A DNA stretch of 64,000 nucleotides. It comes from Thalia democratica (Eukaryota). The DNA lies in contig OZ241833.1 in NCBI GenBank assembly GCA_965202585.1, positions 13,144,001-13,208,000 of the forward strand, written 5' to 3'. The notes below the pieces were generated by a model that was not told the DNA's origin, did no database searches, and saw only the letters and a program-made list of their open reading frames with translations. The translations under genes were made by a program, and so were the position numbers. Each line of letters opens with the position of its first letter. Position 1 is the first letter of the stretch. Shown here piece by piece: positions 1 through 13,453 of this stretch.

Positions 1-1940
1 AGTGAAAGGCTGTTTTTGTTTAACTAAAAATAATGCTTTGTGGCTTATTTTTGAATTTTTGGTAATTATTACCTTTAGAGATACAAAATTTTATATAAGA
101 TTTTTCTAAAATAAAACAGTATGATGAATTGCGGAGGCGATTTTAAAACTTTCTCATAAAGCTTTGATATGTTAATTTTATTTACTTATTTAGTGGACTT
201 GTATTTTGCAAAAAAAAGTATATGTATTACAAAATGGTCATTTTATGGTTTTAAAAATCTTAAAAAGTTAGTTTATTGAAAACCACAAAGAAATCTAGCT
301 TCCAATTCTAGTCATAAGACTTGAATGTATAAACATACCTTTTTATCTTTAGTAACTTTTTTAAGCTATATAAAAGTTATTTTTCAAAAACAAAAAAAAA
401 TAAAAAAAAATAAAACATACCGTGCTTTTTTACTCAAGTTAAGTAAAGATAAAAATATAAACAGTTTAAAGTGGTGGAAAAACTATATGACAAACGTTAA
501 AAGTTCAGGTATGTTAACTGGATTTTGTTACAAAAAGTTATTTGAAATGTAATGGTTAAAATCTATTTGCTATCTAAAAAAATAACTTATATCTTTTTTG
601 ATATTTAAGTCCACGGTCGAAAAAGTCGTACATAAAGTAACAATCTACTCAGCAAAACGAGTAACTTAAAAACGATTTGGGATCAACAGATGACAAAAAA
701 AGGTGGTATAACCAAAACAGTGAATTAAAACACATAAAGAAAATTGAACCCAACAATCAAAACATATCTGGAAACTTAAAAGTACTAATATTAACTATAC
801 ATTCGACTGAAAAATAATTCATCATTAAGAAGGACCTAAAAACTCACACAGTACTAGTAGCACCTTCACTTTTGAGAAAATTGCAATTTCCAAGGTTGAA
901 AGAAGAGGCAAATTAAGCAAACTATACGAACTTCTCTACATCAGTACCTATTTCAAAAAAATACCTTTCAAAACTTAATGTCTGAACTATCAGTATATTA
1001 CATATTTGAAATAATTTTTATTTAAGTCTATTCATTACCACAGCTTTGAAATTCTCTTGACAAAATTCAACAGCTTCTTACTTTTGCAGTCATTAAAAAG
1101 TTTCTAACCTTAAGAACTCGATTATAAACTTAAAGTTTTAAAAATTTAAGTCATAATACAGAACATATCATATGATAACTTTTGTTATTACTAATCTTAT
1201 ATAATAAAGTTACAGCACTAGTTTTGATTTTTAACATTTGTCAATTTTAAATTGAAAAAGGCAATATCTAGGTTTTAATTATTTTGTTATGTAAAATGTA
1301 GTCAATTATTTACAACTAAAGTATGACTTAGTTTTGAATTCAATTTAAAGAGCAACAGGAAGCTTTTAAGTAAGAACCAAGTTTATAAATAGATTTAAAA
1401 AACCTAGTTTTTACTCTTATAGTGTTGAAATTTTAAACCGTAAGTATGTAAGTTTAACAAAGATTAATTTTAGAATACTATAATTTTAAAAGATTATTTT
1501 TTGTTCATGGTGATTAATTTAATTACTTCTTTTATAAGTTACTTAGCTTTTGTTTCATTAAAGAAAAACTTTAAATTATTTTTATTAGTTTTTGTTCTAA
1601 GTATTAGCTAATTGCTAAATTAATAATTTGTTAATCATAAAATTTACGTGTTTTTTCAGAGTTATTTATTATTTAATGCACTGACGAGCCGTTTGAGAAA
1701 AATATTAATATTCAATAAATGTTTGACATAAAAAAAATGTATTTGTTCTCCTTCTATGAACTTGAATTATTTTCTAACAACAAAATCTATAGCAATGTAT
1801 AAGTAAAGAAAAAAAAAAAGTAGAAGATTTACAAATATATTTATTTTAAATATTTTTATATACTATTAATATTGTAACTTATTTTAAATCAAACAATTCA
1901 AAATTCTCGACTTAAATGTCTTTAAGGATATTTTTTTCTT

Positions 1941-2454
1941 TTATTTATTTTAACAGTTTATTACTAAGAAAACAATGTTTCACTCCAATATTAGTATATA
2001 GGAGATCCTCAATTGTTGTAAACAAATCTGAAAAAATTTTTGAACAAAATAAAAAGAAGTAAAACAATACAATTAAATTAAAAATAATTAAGTTTGAATA
2101 AATTTCAAAATAAGTTACAATATTATACTGCACTTCGAAAGTTCCGAATCGAGCACTTTTATAAAGAGAACAATACTGAACAAATATAATGGAATATATT
2201 CAAAAAGTTAATTTTAAATATAGTTTAAAAGACATACAGATTTGTAACAAGAAAGAATACTCAAGTTTCGTATCTTTAAGTTTTATTTTTGTTGTTAAAC
2301 CATTAGTTCAATATTTTGTTTTTAATTTTGTTTTACTTCCATTTAATTTGTTCAAATTTTTTTTCAGATTTGTTTACAGCAACTGAGGATCTCCTATATG
2401 CAAATATAGAAATGAAATATTGTTTTGGTACTAATAAACTGTTAATATAAATAA
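1941..2454. mobile_element. MITE-like element with about 130-bp inverted arms
   Basis: taacagtttatta...ataggagatcctca.ttg.tgtaaacaaatctgaaaaa...gaagtaaaac is mirrored at about 2330-2444. Confidence 0.75.
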
Positions 2455-3784
2455 TAGATATTCATATATACTATTATTTTATTTTAATACAAAAAAAAAA
2501 AAACGCTCAAAGGACCTGGTGCACGAAGAACCAATCGGTTAACGAGTCGCCAACCTCTTGGATACCTTTTAACGTCTTGTCCAGGACTTTATAACTTACT
2601 TATAGTGTTCACTAAAATATTTCTATGCAAGTTTGAGATATATGCCTAACCCAACTTAATTGTTGTTTGAAACGGTTAGATAGAGTATAACTTACTATTT
2701 AGTAATGAAATATCAGTATTTTTGGTATAAAAATTAGTTGTTTAAAAAGTTATTGTCGTTAATACTTAAGCTGTAGGATAAATATAAAATATTTAAATTT
2801 TAGATTGTTATTATCATAAAACTTAATAGAAAAACTGTTTAGTTTTTGACACTTTTTTAAATTTAGTTTAAAGTTTAAGTAGCTTGTAAACTATTAAATG
2901 TTTCAAAATAATCAAAGCTTAAAGTTTCTGTATAAACTAAATACGCAATTATAATGTAAAAAAATACCTAACAAAAATAAATTTTAAATGTTTTTTGTAT
3001 AACTATTTAAAAAATTTCTGTTGAGTCATGTTGAGAGATTCTATCGTTTAATTTTAGTTTGTCTTATAATATTATTATAGGTTATTGCAGTGCTCGTCAA
3101 AGTGTGTACGAAATTTATTTTAGCGTGCACGAACGGAATCTGTTTTGGTATGCATATAAGAAATACTACAGTTTGAAACTTACACTAGATATTTTGAAGT
3201 TGATGATAAAGAGTAAAAAAAGTCTTAAGTGTTTTTAGTGGTAGTTTTTTAGCAATCTTGTCGAAGGGGACCATAGCTTTTATAATTTCTTTAAAGGGAG
3301 TCTTTTGAAAAACGTTTTGGAAACCCTGTACTAGACATTATGTGAAAATTGTTCATTGGGATGCACAGATTTCGTTTAGCTTGACGACTACCGGTTTATT
3401 GAACGACAGAAAAAAAAGACGTTCGAGGTATTTAGTTTTAGGACCTGTTGCACGAGGAACCTTTCGGTTATCAAATCACACACAATTTGTACATTATGAA
3501 CACTGTTTTTATATTTTTACATTAGATATAACAACAAAGCTGTACTTCAGCTGCTGGCAGTACCCTGCTAACATTTATATATTTTTATCTTAACTCTGGT
3601 GACTCATATCACTATTTTGAAAATTTATTAAACTTTTTTTAAGATAGATTTTGACTTAACGTAAAGCAAGATGTAAAAGGAAAATAAAATTAAGATGGTA
3701 AGCTTTGTAAGCTTTACACTTTAAAAGAAAATTATGTTTATTATTTTGACCTTTTTTACCAGAATTTATATAAGAAATAAAATA

Positions 3785-6700
3785 ATGATGCGTTACTTAG
3801 TTGTAATAGCATCTTTTATAAATAGTTTGATTATAATATCGATTCTTCCCATTCTTATAGTTCTAAAAGCTGCTATGAAAATCGGAATAAAAAAAGCCTT
3901 TCTTGAATTTTTCAAAAAACCAACAATGAAAGATTTTGATGAAACACTATTTTGTTAGTGAAAATTTAAGATTAAACGCCAGTATAAATTAATTTTTATT
4001 ACAAAAATGTATTAGCTATAATTTAGTTTAAATTAAAAAATACTTTTAAAATTTTATTTATTTTTTATTTTTTAAAACACAAGTAAAAAAGTATTATAAG
4101 TTTTTTAAAAGTTTAATTGCTAATGTATTAAACATCATATATAATTTCTTTTTTTAAATTGTAAAGTAAAAACTGTTAAAAAAAATTTAAAGCAACAAAA
4201 AACTTAAAAAAAAAGTACTATTTGTACTAAAAAAGAGTACGTTCGTTCATATATGTCAAAAAAATTTAGTAAAGAAGCAAGAACTTAACTTTAAGTCAAG
4301 TTTTCTGCGTAATAAGTTTACAGGAACGAATATTCATTATATGGAATGTGGTGATGAAAATAGCCCACTGATGATTTGTCTACATGGTTTTCCAGAGTGT
4401 TGGCTAGTTTTGTATATGGTATTTAAAAAGGAAAATTTTATACCTACGATAGGGGAGAATAAAAAAATATTTATGTTTTAGTCTACGGTTTAGTTTGTTT
4501 ACGTGTATTTAGTATTTGGTGTATAAAAATACTAAACTTTAATAGTATTTTTTGTAAAAATTTTCTCTTTTTTATTTTTAACTAAAAAAATCAGATCATA
4601 AAAGTTTTCATCTAAAAAAATTACTCACAGTAAAAATAGTTTAATAAAGTTAAGGCATTCAATAAAATAAGTATTTTTATTCAACGTATAAATAAAAAAC
4701 TAAATCCAAAAAGTCATACGTTTTAAACTTATCTATTACAATTAAAAAAACGGCATAGTTTTATCTAAATAAGTTTAATTGATTTTAGTTACTATATATT
4801 TTTTGTTGTATAACTATTAAAGGCTTTATTATTTTTGTTTGTTTATTCTATGGATAAAAAATTAAAATGACTAGAGTAAACTACGGTTTATCATTTATGT
4901 TTTATTTGAAATTAAAAAAAAAGGATCTACACAAGATATTTTCAAAATAACTTTCATTTTTTGTTACATCAATAGTAGCACCGTTATACTTATTTTGTTT
5001 TTTTACTTATAAGTGTTTGAAAGTACTTAACAAACTTTAAAAAAAAAAGTTTTTCTACTTATGTTACTTGTTTTAATTGCTGAGACGAAAAAAGTCAGTG
5101 TTTTTCTTTGAAATTTGATCAGTTTTAAACATAAAAACTTAATTTAGCTCCTTATTTAAAAATACTTCCTACTTTTTTAGAAATAGTTGATTTATTTTAA
5201 CAGTGAATTTAGAATGTCGTAACAAACCTTGTAAGATTTTTAATATCTAAAAAAATTCAATGTAAAACAGTTAGTATAAGTATAATAAGTGATAAACTTT
5301 AATAAAGTACATATGATGAAACAGCATTTTTACAGGTATAGCTGGAAACATGTAATGAAAGCATTTAAATTTAAATACCGTGTCGTTGCTATCGATATGA
5401 GAGGGTATAACAAATCGGACAAACCTAAAGGTATTTTTTTATTTAATCACTACAACTAAGAAAGGTTATTTAAAAGTTATAAATTAAAACTTTAAGCAGC
5501 ATTAGTATTAAAAAAAGGTAGTTTCGGTTTCTCTATAAACAATTAAAAACTTTTTAGAAAGTAATGTTGAAATAAGTTTTAACATTCTAAATACTTTTTT
5601 GAAACAAAACAGATGTGTCTTCATACCACATACATCACTTGGTTAACGATGTACGAGAAGTAATAGAAGGTTTAGGATTCACACAGGCTACTGTTGTGGG
5701 TCATGACTGGGGTGGTTTAGTAGCTTGGAATTTTGCAAGGTTTTGTCCTGACTATACTCGTGAGCTTATTGTACTAAATGCTCCTTTCGAAGAGGCGTTT
5801 GAGTAAGTTAATATCAGGTTATGCTAATCTTTGAGATAACGTAAAGATATTTTTAAAGTATATCTGGATAAATTTTAAGTTTTTAAAAGCTTTTCAAGGT
5901 AAAAGAATTTGAAATAAGTTTAGTTTTTAAGCAAAATAACTAAATTATCTGAATTTCTTTTTAAATAACACTAGTTGTTCATTGAACTGATGCACTCTTA
6001 AGTTTAATCTTGTACTGATTTATTTACTTAGTTCGATTTTACTTACCGTTTGAACTATATTAAACTAAATCATTTACCTTTTTAATAACAAAGAAAAAAA
6101 AAACTCTTAATTGATATGATTTTATTTAAGTTTTCAATAGCTCGTTTAAAACAAAATAGTACTTTTACTTAACTTGATACAAGTTAAAACTTTACGAAAT
6201 AGTTTTAAACATATTTTTAAACAGATCTAGGTTTGTTTAGTTTTTTTTGCTAAGAATGTTTTACTAATGACTTCAGCCGAAATTTTTTTTAGTAAGCTTT
6301 TACAAAGTCTTTTAATTTAGTTTTTGCTATTCCTGTTCAAATTTTTTTTTGAGAGAAAGTTAGTTAAACATTTGTAATGTAGAGTTTTACAATATTAAAA
6401 ATTAGTTTTCTGTTAGATTTTCAAGACAAAAAGTAAAACTAGTTGCACAATTTTTCAATAACTCAAGTTACTTAGTTTTTAAGTTGTAAATAAAATAGTG
6501 AAACATGAATAGCAAAACAAATTTTAAGCCTTTGTATGTTTAAAAGTTTAATTTTGCATATATATTTAAAATAAGATATGCGTTTCCTTGAAACACTTTT
6601 TCGCAATTTTGATCAATTCTAATTTTATATACTTTTTACAATTATTTTTTAAATCACGATTCGACTAAATTTAATGAAGGTTTTAATTCTTATTCGATTT

Positions 6701-9700
6701 AAACAAAAAAATAATCTTAAACAACTTCTCTTGTTTTATAGACACTAATTTTATTATTTAGATTAGACATAAAAACAATAATATAAAGTGTCTATAAAAG
6801 TCAACTATTTCTTACATGTCTATTACTTATAAAAGTAAACACTTTTCCAAAAAACTTAATTTTATTTTAATAAACTTTTTTTCGTTTTAGAGTTTAAATT
6901 TTGACTGTATTTTTTTTTCTTTTTTTCATTTGTAGCTCATTATAATTTTGATTAAGTTGGGTATGCAACTCGCTGACCGAGAGGTCTTTTTGCGTATCCA
7001 AGTCCTTAAACCAAAACATTTAGAGCAATTTTTCGTTTTTGTTCAATAAACCACTATTAATGAAGCTTACAATGCTTAAACAATTAAGAAAAAAATAACG
7101 ATTTATCTTGCTTTGTAGATTTCACATTTTAATGAAACTAGTTAAACATATTTAAATGAGTCGTAAACTTTAATCAAAAAAGTAAGAGTCTTTAAAATTA
7201 AAAGAAACACTTCGTGATCTTTTATCTTCTGTAGCTTTTTCTTTTAGTTGGTCTGTTAAAATAATTGCTATAAGATTATTAACACTATAATTTAGTTCTT
7301 TAGTACTTTTTAAACTATTAAAGCCTCAAGATACTAAAGTAGTGGTCTTAACTCTGTTTTTATCTGATTCCTTCGTATTGATAAGTTACATTTTATTAGT
7401 TGGTATTCTTTGAAAGACTCTTAGTAACGATTAAGCTGTCTGCAAAAAATATAATAAAGACCTTTTTATTTGATTTAAGTTAAGGCATTTTCTTGTTTAA
7501 GACCTAATAATGAAATATCAGATTGTTTAACCTCAAAATTTTTTGAATAAAAGTTTGTATAAAAATATAGTTTATATTTTTTCTTTAATCCGAATATATA
7601 AGTTTATATTTTCATAGCAATGCATATGACTTAAATTTCTTTTTGTTACAAATAATCTAGAGTTTAAAGCTGAAATAAATTTATTGGAAACGTGTTTATG
7701 TCAATACATATAAAAGTATTTGGTTTTTAAGATCACAAGATAATATTTTTTGGTGTTTTTTGTCTAAGTAAAAAAATATGGTATCTACAAGGCAAAATAA
7801 ACTTTTTAAAATATGGTTTATCTTATTTACTTAGTTTAAATTAAGAAAGAATGTAAGCTCCACTAAATTTATTAAAAACGAGTATAATTTTATAAAAATT
7901 AAACATGTAAAAATTTAATCGATCTTTAAGGTTAAAAAAAAACACCTTTTCGTTGATTTTGTTTAATCTAAACAGAATATGTGATACCTACCAAGCAAGA
8001 CAAGTTGTAAATGTATTTTTTGTTTAATTTGAAAAGCAATTGCAAATGTAATAAATAAAATTAAAATATGGTAAAATTGCTAAAAAGTTTTTAAACTACA
8101 CGAGTTCTTATTTAAATATCTGCGAAACTTTAGCTTGTTTTGTATGTTTTATTTGAAATCAAAAATGTCTCAGAACATTTTTGATTTTATGTTTACAGTT
8201 TGAAAATACTTTAGAATAACCAAAAAATTATTCAAAAAACAAAAGTTCTTTTTTTTAAAGTTGGTATAAGTACTTGTATAAAAAATATTGCATTTTAGTG
8301 AATTTCTGTCTGAATACTGGTGGCAAAGATGGACGCGTTTTTGGTATATGTCAGCCTTTTTTCTACCTACAGCTGCAACGTTTTTATTCACAAGGTATCT
8401 TGTTTCAAACAATTAAAAAAATAAATAAATAAAATATAACGTTAGTTAAACTTAAACTTCTGTCATCGGTTTGTAAAAAAATTACATAATTTGTATAAAA
8501 AACAACTACTATTATTTGATTAGCACTACGTTATTATTTTTAAACGTTTGAATTAAAAAGTTTGTAGTTATACAACAACAATGAAAACATCGGCTAAAGT
8601 CTACAACGCTTAAGCCTAAACTTTTGTATGCCCCCAGAAAAACTCAACTAACAAAAAGGTTTTATTATTAGACCTTTCGGTAGGCTGAGACCCAAATTTT
8701 ATTCTTATTGTAACTTTTTAGTCGCTGCCAAAAAATATGTGGTTGTCATTTGTCAATATACACACGGTTTATGATGTTTAACTGTAAAGCTACCGTTTGC
8801 TGGGGTTACATGACAATTCAAATTCGCATAACTCAAATTCCGACAAATTCTTAAAAAATATCTAAAAGGTTACATCTCAATTACTAATATAACCTTGAAA
8901 AAATAAAAAATGCATATGTAGATCTTATTAATATCTACAAGCTATTTTAATCTTTTTTCAAAATCTAAAATACTTTTCATGATATTTCAAAATTACTAAA
9001 AATAATTATGATTTTTACTTTATTTAAGCCATATCTCAAAAAATATTTAATGTATTGCAAAAAGAAAAAAATTGCTTGTAGATTATTAAAATGACCTACA
9101 TATGTATTTTTTATAATTGAAAAATATACATTATTTTTTTATTTGTGGCTGTTTCAATTTATTTGAAAGAATTTAAATTGTCAGAATTTGAATTGTCCGA
9201 ATTTGAATAGTCGTGCACCCGTTTGCTGGTATGATATATGACGTCAGCTTTTCCCCTTTGCTGTCCAACGTTTAATACATTGTCCTTTAGGTGAGACAGC
9301 TCGTACGCTCGTTTTGAACAGGAACAAAGAAAATATCGGCAAAAGTTTGATTAAAGTAAAGAAACCCGGGTCTCAGTCCATCGAAAGCTTGTGGTCTGGT
9401 AACCGACATGGTATGATCAAACCTTTATTTTAAAACAATACGATAAATTTCATTTTTATTTGATAAAGCGTGAAGATAAATTTTAAACTTTTATAAAGAC
9501 TTGAATATTAGTAGTTTGCAATAAATGGTTTTAGTGAATAAAAAAACCCAAGGATGATGGTATATAAAAGACGTTTCTAAAACTTTTAAGATGACAGTCT
9601 AGATTGCTAGACAAAAATAAAGAAATCTAGTTTGAATAAATTCAATAAAAAACTACCTAAACTTCACCATTTTTTGTTTATACTATTAAATTTTAGCTTT

Positions 9701-12700
9701 ATTACACTTAAAAAAAATTGTTGTAGATATGATTACAACTTCATTAAAGATGCATTTAGTTCACGTGAAACTGGAATAATTAATTCAGATAATAGATTAA
9801 GTGATGACGAGATTACTTACTTTAAACATGCATGTGGAAAACATATTTATTACCCTATTTGTTTCTACACTGCAAGTTAGTAGTTGTAATTACTTTTTTA
9901 ACAAACATAGATTAAAGTAAAGTAATAAATTTTATAGAAATTGTCAGAAAATGTAAATAATAGCACTAAAATTACTTATAGTTTGATTTCTGTTTAAATT
10001 TAACTTTTAATTTTAGTTAAGTAACACTGTGTTTTTTACTAAACTTTACAGATTTAACTACTACTCTAGATTTAAAGGTACTCTTAGATATTTATAGATA
10101 TTATTAATATTTTCATTACAAAAACTCTTTATCTCAAAAATTACAAAAAAACTAGCTTTTTTAAAATAAAATTCTTTTTGAAACAGTAGATGTTTTTAAA
10201 ATAAAACTGTTGACTTTGGACCAAAAGAAAGGCTATGGAAATAAGTAAAATAATTAAAAAACTTTGTCTGTAATAGAAAAAGGCTTTTGATCGTTCTATT
10301 TATGTTAAGAAAAATCAAAATTTGAGACAAGAATTCATTTTGCAGTTTGTTTTGTTTTTTGTGAACCTAAAGTTTTTCAATCTACCCTTTTTAAAAGTTC
10401 TTGTAGATTACTAAATATATTTTTGTAAAATAGTAAACTTAATAAATTTGTAAGATTATGCGTCATAATAGGTAAATAAAATTATAGTACTATGCGATAC
10501 TGTTATAAAATTGTTTTATGTGAGTTATGTTTGAATTTTTTAGTTAAAATAGTTTAACAAAATTTAAAGTATAGAGCTTAAGTACTAGAAATTAAAAGCA
10601 TTAATAGCAATTTTAATAAGAGGAAACAGACTTATTTAAACTTTCTTTAAAATAAAATTAAACAACAAAAACAAAACTTATTAGCGAATTTACAATAATT
10701 TAAACAAATTAGAATTATAAACAAATTTTTGTTTGCATAAACTTGGCTTATTAGATTTATAAATATAGATTCTAAAACACTTATATGATACATGTAACGT
10801 CCTTTACAAACAATTGAAAACATATTATTGTTATAGTTTTTTGCCCAAGTTGTTATTTAACAAATGTTCAACTATAGCCGATTGACTTTTTATTGGCTTG
10901 TTTGTCCCATAGATCATCCAGTTTCTTAAGGTGTTGGTCACATGTTGGTCCCTTCTTATGTGGAATCGTTGCGAAGTTCTCCTAATATACTCACTATCAC
11001 AGTGGCATTTGTACTTAAAGGTTATGCTGCATTTTTCTGGATCAGGAGTGAGATCTTTAACAATCCCGTTTAGGGGTTTTCTTAGCTTTTGAAAACCAAG
11101 TTTTAGAAACCGTAGATAACACTTTTGGGGCATTAAATTTAAGAATAACTCATTCCACCAGAAAACCCCTTAACGGGATTGTTAAAGATCCCTGAATATC
11201 CTGATCCAGAAAAATGCAACATAATCTATAAGTACAAATGCCACTGTGATAGTGAGTATATTAGGAGAACTTCGCAACGATTCCACATAAGAAGGGACCA
11301 ACATGTGACCAACACCTTAAGAAACTGGATGATCTATGGGACAAACAAGCCAATAAAAAGTCAATCGGCTATAGTTGAACATTTGTTAAATAACAACTTG
11401 CGCAAAAAACTATAACAATAATATGTTTTCAATTGTTTGTAAAGGACGTTACATGTATCATATAAGTGTTTTAGAATTTATATTTATAAAAACTAATAAG
11501 CCAAGTTTATGCAAACAAAAATTTGTTTATAATTCTAATTCGTTTAAATCATTGTAAATTCGCTACTAAGTTTTGTTTTTGTTGTTTAATTTTATCTTAA
11601 AGAAAAATTAAATAAGTCTGTTTCCTCTTATTAAAATTGCTATTAATGTATTTAATTTCTAGTACTTAAGCTCTATACTTTAAATTTTGTTTAAAAAACT
11701 TTATAATAGCATTGCATAGTACATATAAATTTATTTATGACGCATAATCTTACAATTTTCTTAAGTTTACTATTATACAAAAATCTGTTTAGTTGTCTAC
11801 AAGAACTTTTGAAAAAGGGAAGATTGAAAAATTTTAAGTTCACAAAAAATAAAACAAGCTGAAAGATAAATTCTTGTCTCAAATTTTTATTTAAAGTTAG
11901 TTCCGAAAAGAAGTTATTTAGTATAAATTAAAATGCTTTTCAGGCTGCAAAAATCTTTAATTAACTTTATTAAAATAATTTTTTTTAATGTTAGTGTAGC
12001 AAGAATAGCTTTTTTTAGTTATTATGCCTTGTTTCATTTTTTTTTTAGATTGTTTCGGTATAGTAATTAATAAATCATAATACTATTTTTTAGAAAATCA
12101 AATCGTTTCAAATTTTATAAACAGATAAAAATAAATCAATAATAAAACAACAATATATAAAAACATCATCAAGATGTATATATTTCGTTATTACTTTGAT
12201 GAAAATACTTTAATAAATTTACTTTGTTTAAGTATAAATTATTAAAAAACTTAAGTTAAATAACATGATTAACATAAAATAGAAAGTAAGTACTCAATTT
12301 TTTAGATTAATTTTTTTATCATTCATTTATGTCAGATTTTTTCAAAGTGTACACTAATGAGCACTGAGCAGAGTAGTAGTGTGTATAGAAATTATTTTAC
12401 TCTGTACATAATTTTTATGAGTGTTATTTAAAAAAAAAATTGTATATTTTCTTATTTTTGAAAGGCGGTTTTGATAAATTTTGATACGTTTTATAGCAAA
12501 AAATGTAACTTAAAATTGAAAGCAGAAGTTTTGTTGTAAAACCAGCTAGCTTGATATTCTAATTTACAATTTTAAATAGCTTGGGAGCTTGTCACTTTAA
12601 GTAGATAGTTTTATGTTTCAAGCAAATATCAATAACTTAAGTAATAAAACATCTATAAACTATACTTCTGATTTTAAAACAGTAGATTGGTTTGTTTTAT

Positions 12701-13453
12701 ATAAGAAACGTAGTTAACTTTTAGTAAACACTTTACAAATAAAATTCAAGGAAACCCTTATTACAATGGAATCGGATTAAAGAAGCAAAACACGAAGGTG
12801 GTTAAACCAACTCTTGTTGTCTGGGGAAAAAATGATAGTATTCTTGACCACAGAATGATCTCTAAGTTTAAGGTTAATTCATTTTGATTAATCTCTTATA
12901 TGAAAAGTATTATATTTCACTAACTGTTTTTTTTAACTAGATAACTTTTAGGTGTTCTTTTATGTTAATTAAAACAATTTTTATACTACAATACAAAAAG
13001 CGTACACATTTAATATAAAAAAATTATGTTTGTCAAAAAAAAGTTATTTACATTTTTTTTCACTAATTCATTTAAATTTTTAAAAGTGTACATTGGTAGA
13101 ATTTTTGTGTATAGTTTTTTTATCAATTTAAATTTTTAAAAGTGTACATTGGTAGAATTTTTGTTTATAGTTTTTTTATCAATCAACGTAATTGAACAAT
13201 ACTAAAAATAGAACAGCTTCAAAACTTGAATAATTAATCATTTAAATTTGATAATACTATTTAGTATTTAAAAATAAAGTAGATTCCTTACTTGAAATCT
13301 ATTTTGCTCCACTTAATCAATTATTGACAGAAACACGTTCCTAACCTAAAAGTGAAAATGATAGAAAACGCAAGTCACTGGGTGGCACTTGATCAACCAA
13401 ATGAAGTCATAAAAGCAATGACTGATTTTTTAACTGACCGCCTTTCTTGTTAA
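3785..13453 (+). CDS. EPHX3/4-like: Epoxide hydrolase 3/4-like alpha/beta hydrolase with N-terminal hydrophobic anchor, 8 coding exons, 358 aa
   Basis: Exons 3785-3953, 4270-4402, 5336-5430, 5613-5802, 8299-8394, 9727-9875, 12751-12872, 13331-13453 sum to 1077 nt with matching phases. Motifs: LHGFPECWYSW, VVAIDMRGY..SDKP, GHDWGG (nucleophile Asp), FWYM and PICFY (lid Tyr positions), PTLVVWGKND, ASHWV (catalytic His). Intron 2 needs a GC donor. An upstream in-frame ATG at 3734 is an alternative start. Confidence 0.9.
8803..9220. mobile_element. Mutator-like MITE in EPHX intron 5
   Basis: TIRs GGGTTACATGACAATTCAAATTC / GAATTTGAATAGTCGTGCACCC with short subterminal repeats; TSD GTTTGCTG (8795-8802, 9221-9228; 8-10 bp depending on how the terminal G/C run is assigned). 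Confidence 0.85.
10556..11691. mobile_element. Head-to-head inverted pair of Penelope-like GIY-YIG endonuclease 3' fragments (about 530-bp arms, about 75-bp spacer) in EPHX intron 6
   Basis: Arms 10556-11084 and 11160-11691 are reverse complements. Both encode YKYKCHCDSEYIRRTSQRFHIRRDQH...SAIVEHL; frameshifted tails restore ...KPSLCKQK-FVY, matching the second copy at 63.2-63.9 kb. Confidence 0.85.
13072..13183 (+). repeat. 56-bp tandem duplication in EPHX intron 7
   Basis: taaaagtgtacattggtagaatttttgt.tatagtttttttatcaat starts at 13081 and again at 13137. Confidence 0.9.

Noticed and set aside
325-2386. Short low-complexity ORFs (325..552, 1945..2133, 2189..2386) and similar ones at 59-61.6 kb
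   Set aside because: K/F/I/L-rich products expected from AT-rich non-coding DNA; two lie within a MITE; no domain motifs.
2500-2590. Dispersed GC-richer motif as a tRNA or tRNA-derived SINE
   Set aside because: No cloverleaf and only a vague B-box resemblance; the inverted pair at 58.1-58.5 kb indicates TIRs.
3411-7050. Inward-facing MITE arms flanking EPHX exons 1-4 as a Pack-type gene capture
   Set aside because: The arms belong to visibly different subfamilies, no TSD was found, and the family is dense enough for chance pairing.
8170-8412. 80-aa minus-strand ORF
   Set aside because: Overlaps EPHX exon 5 (8299-8394) on the opposite strand; no independent support.
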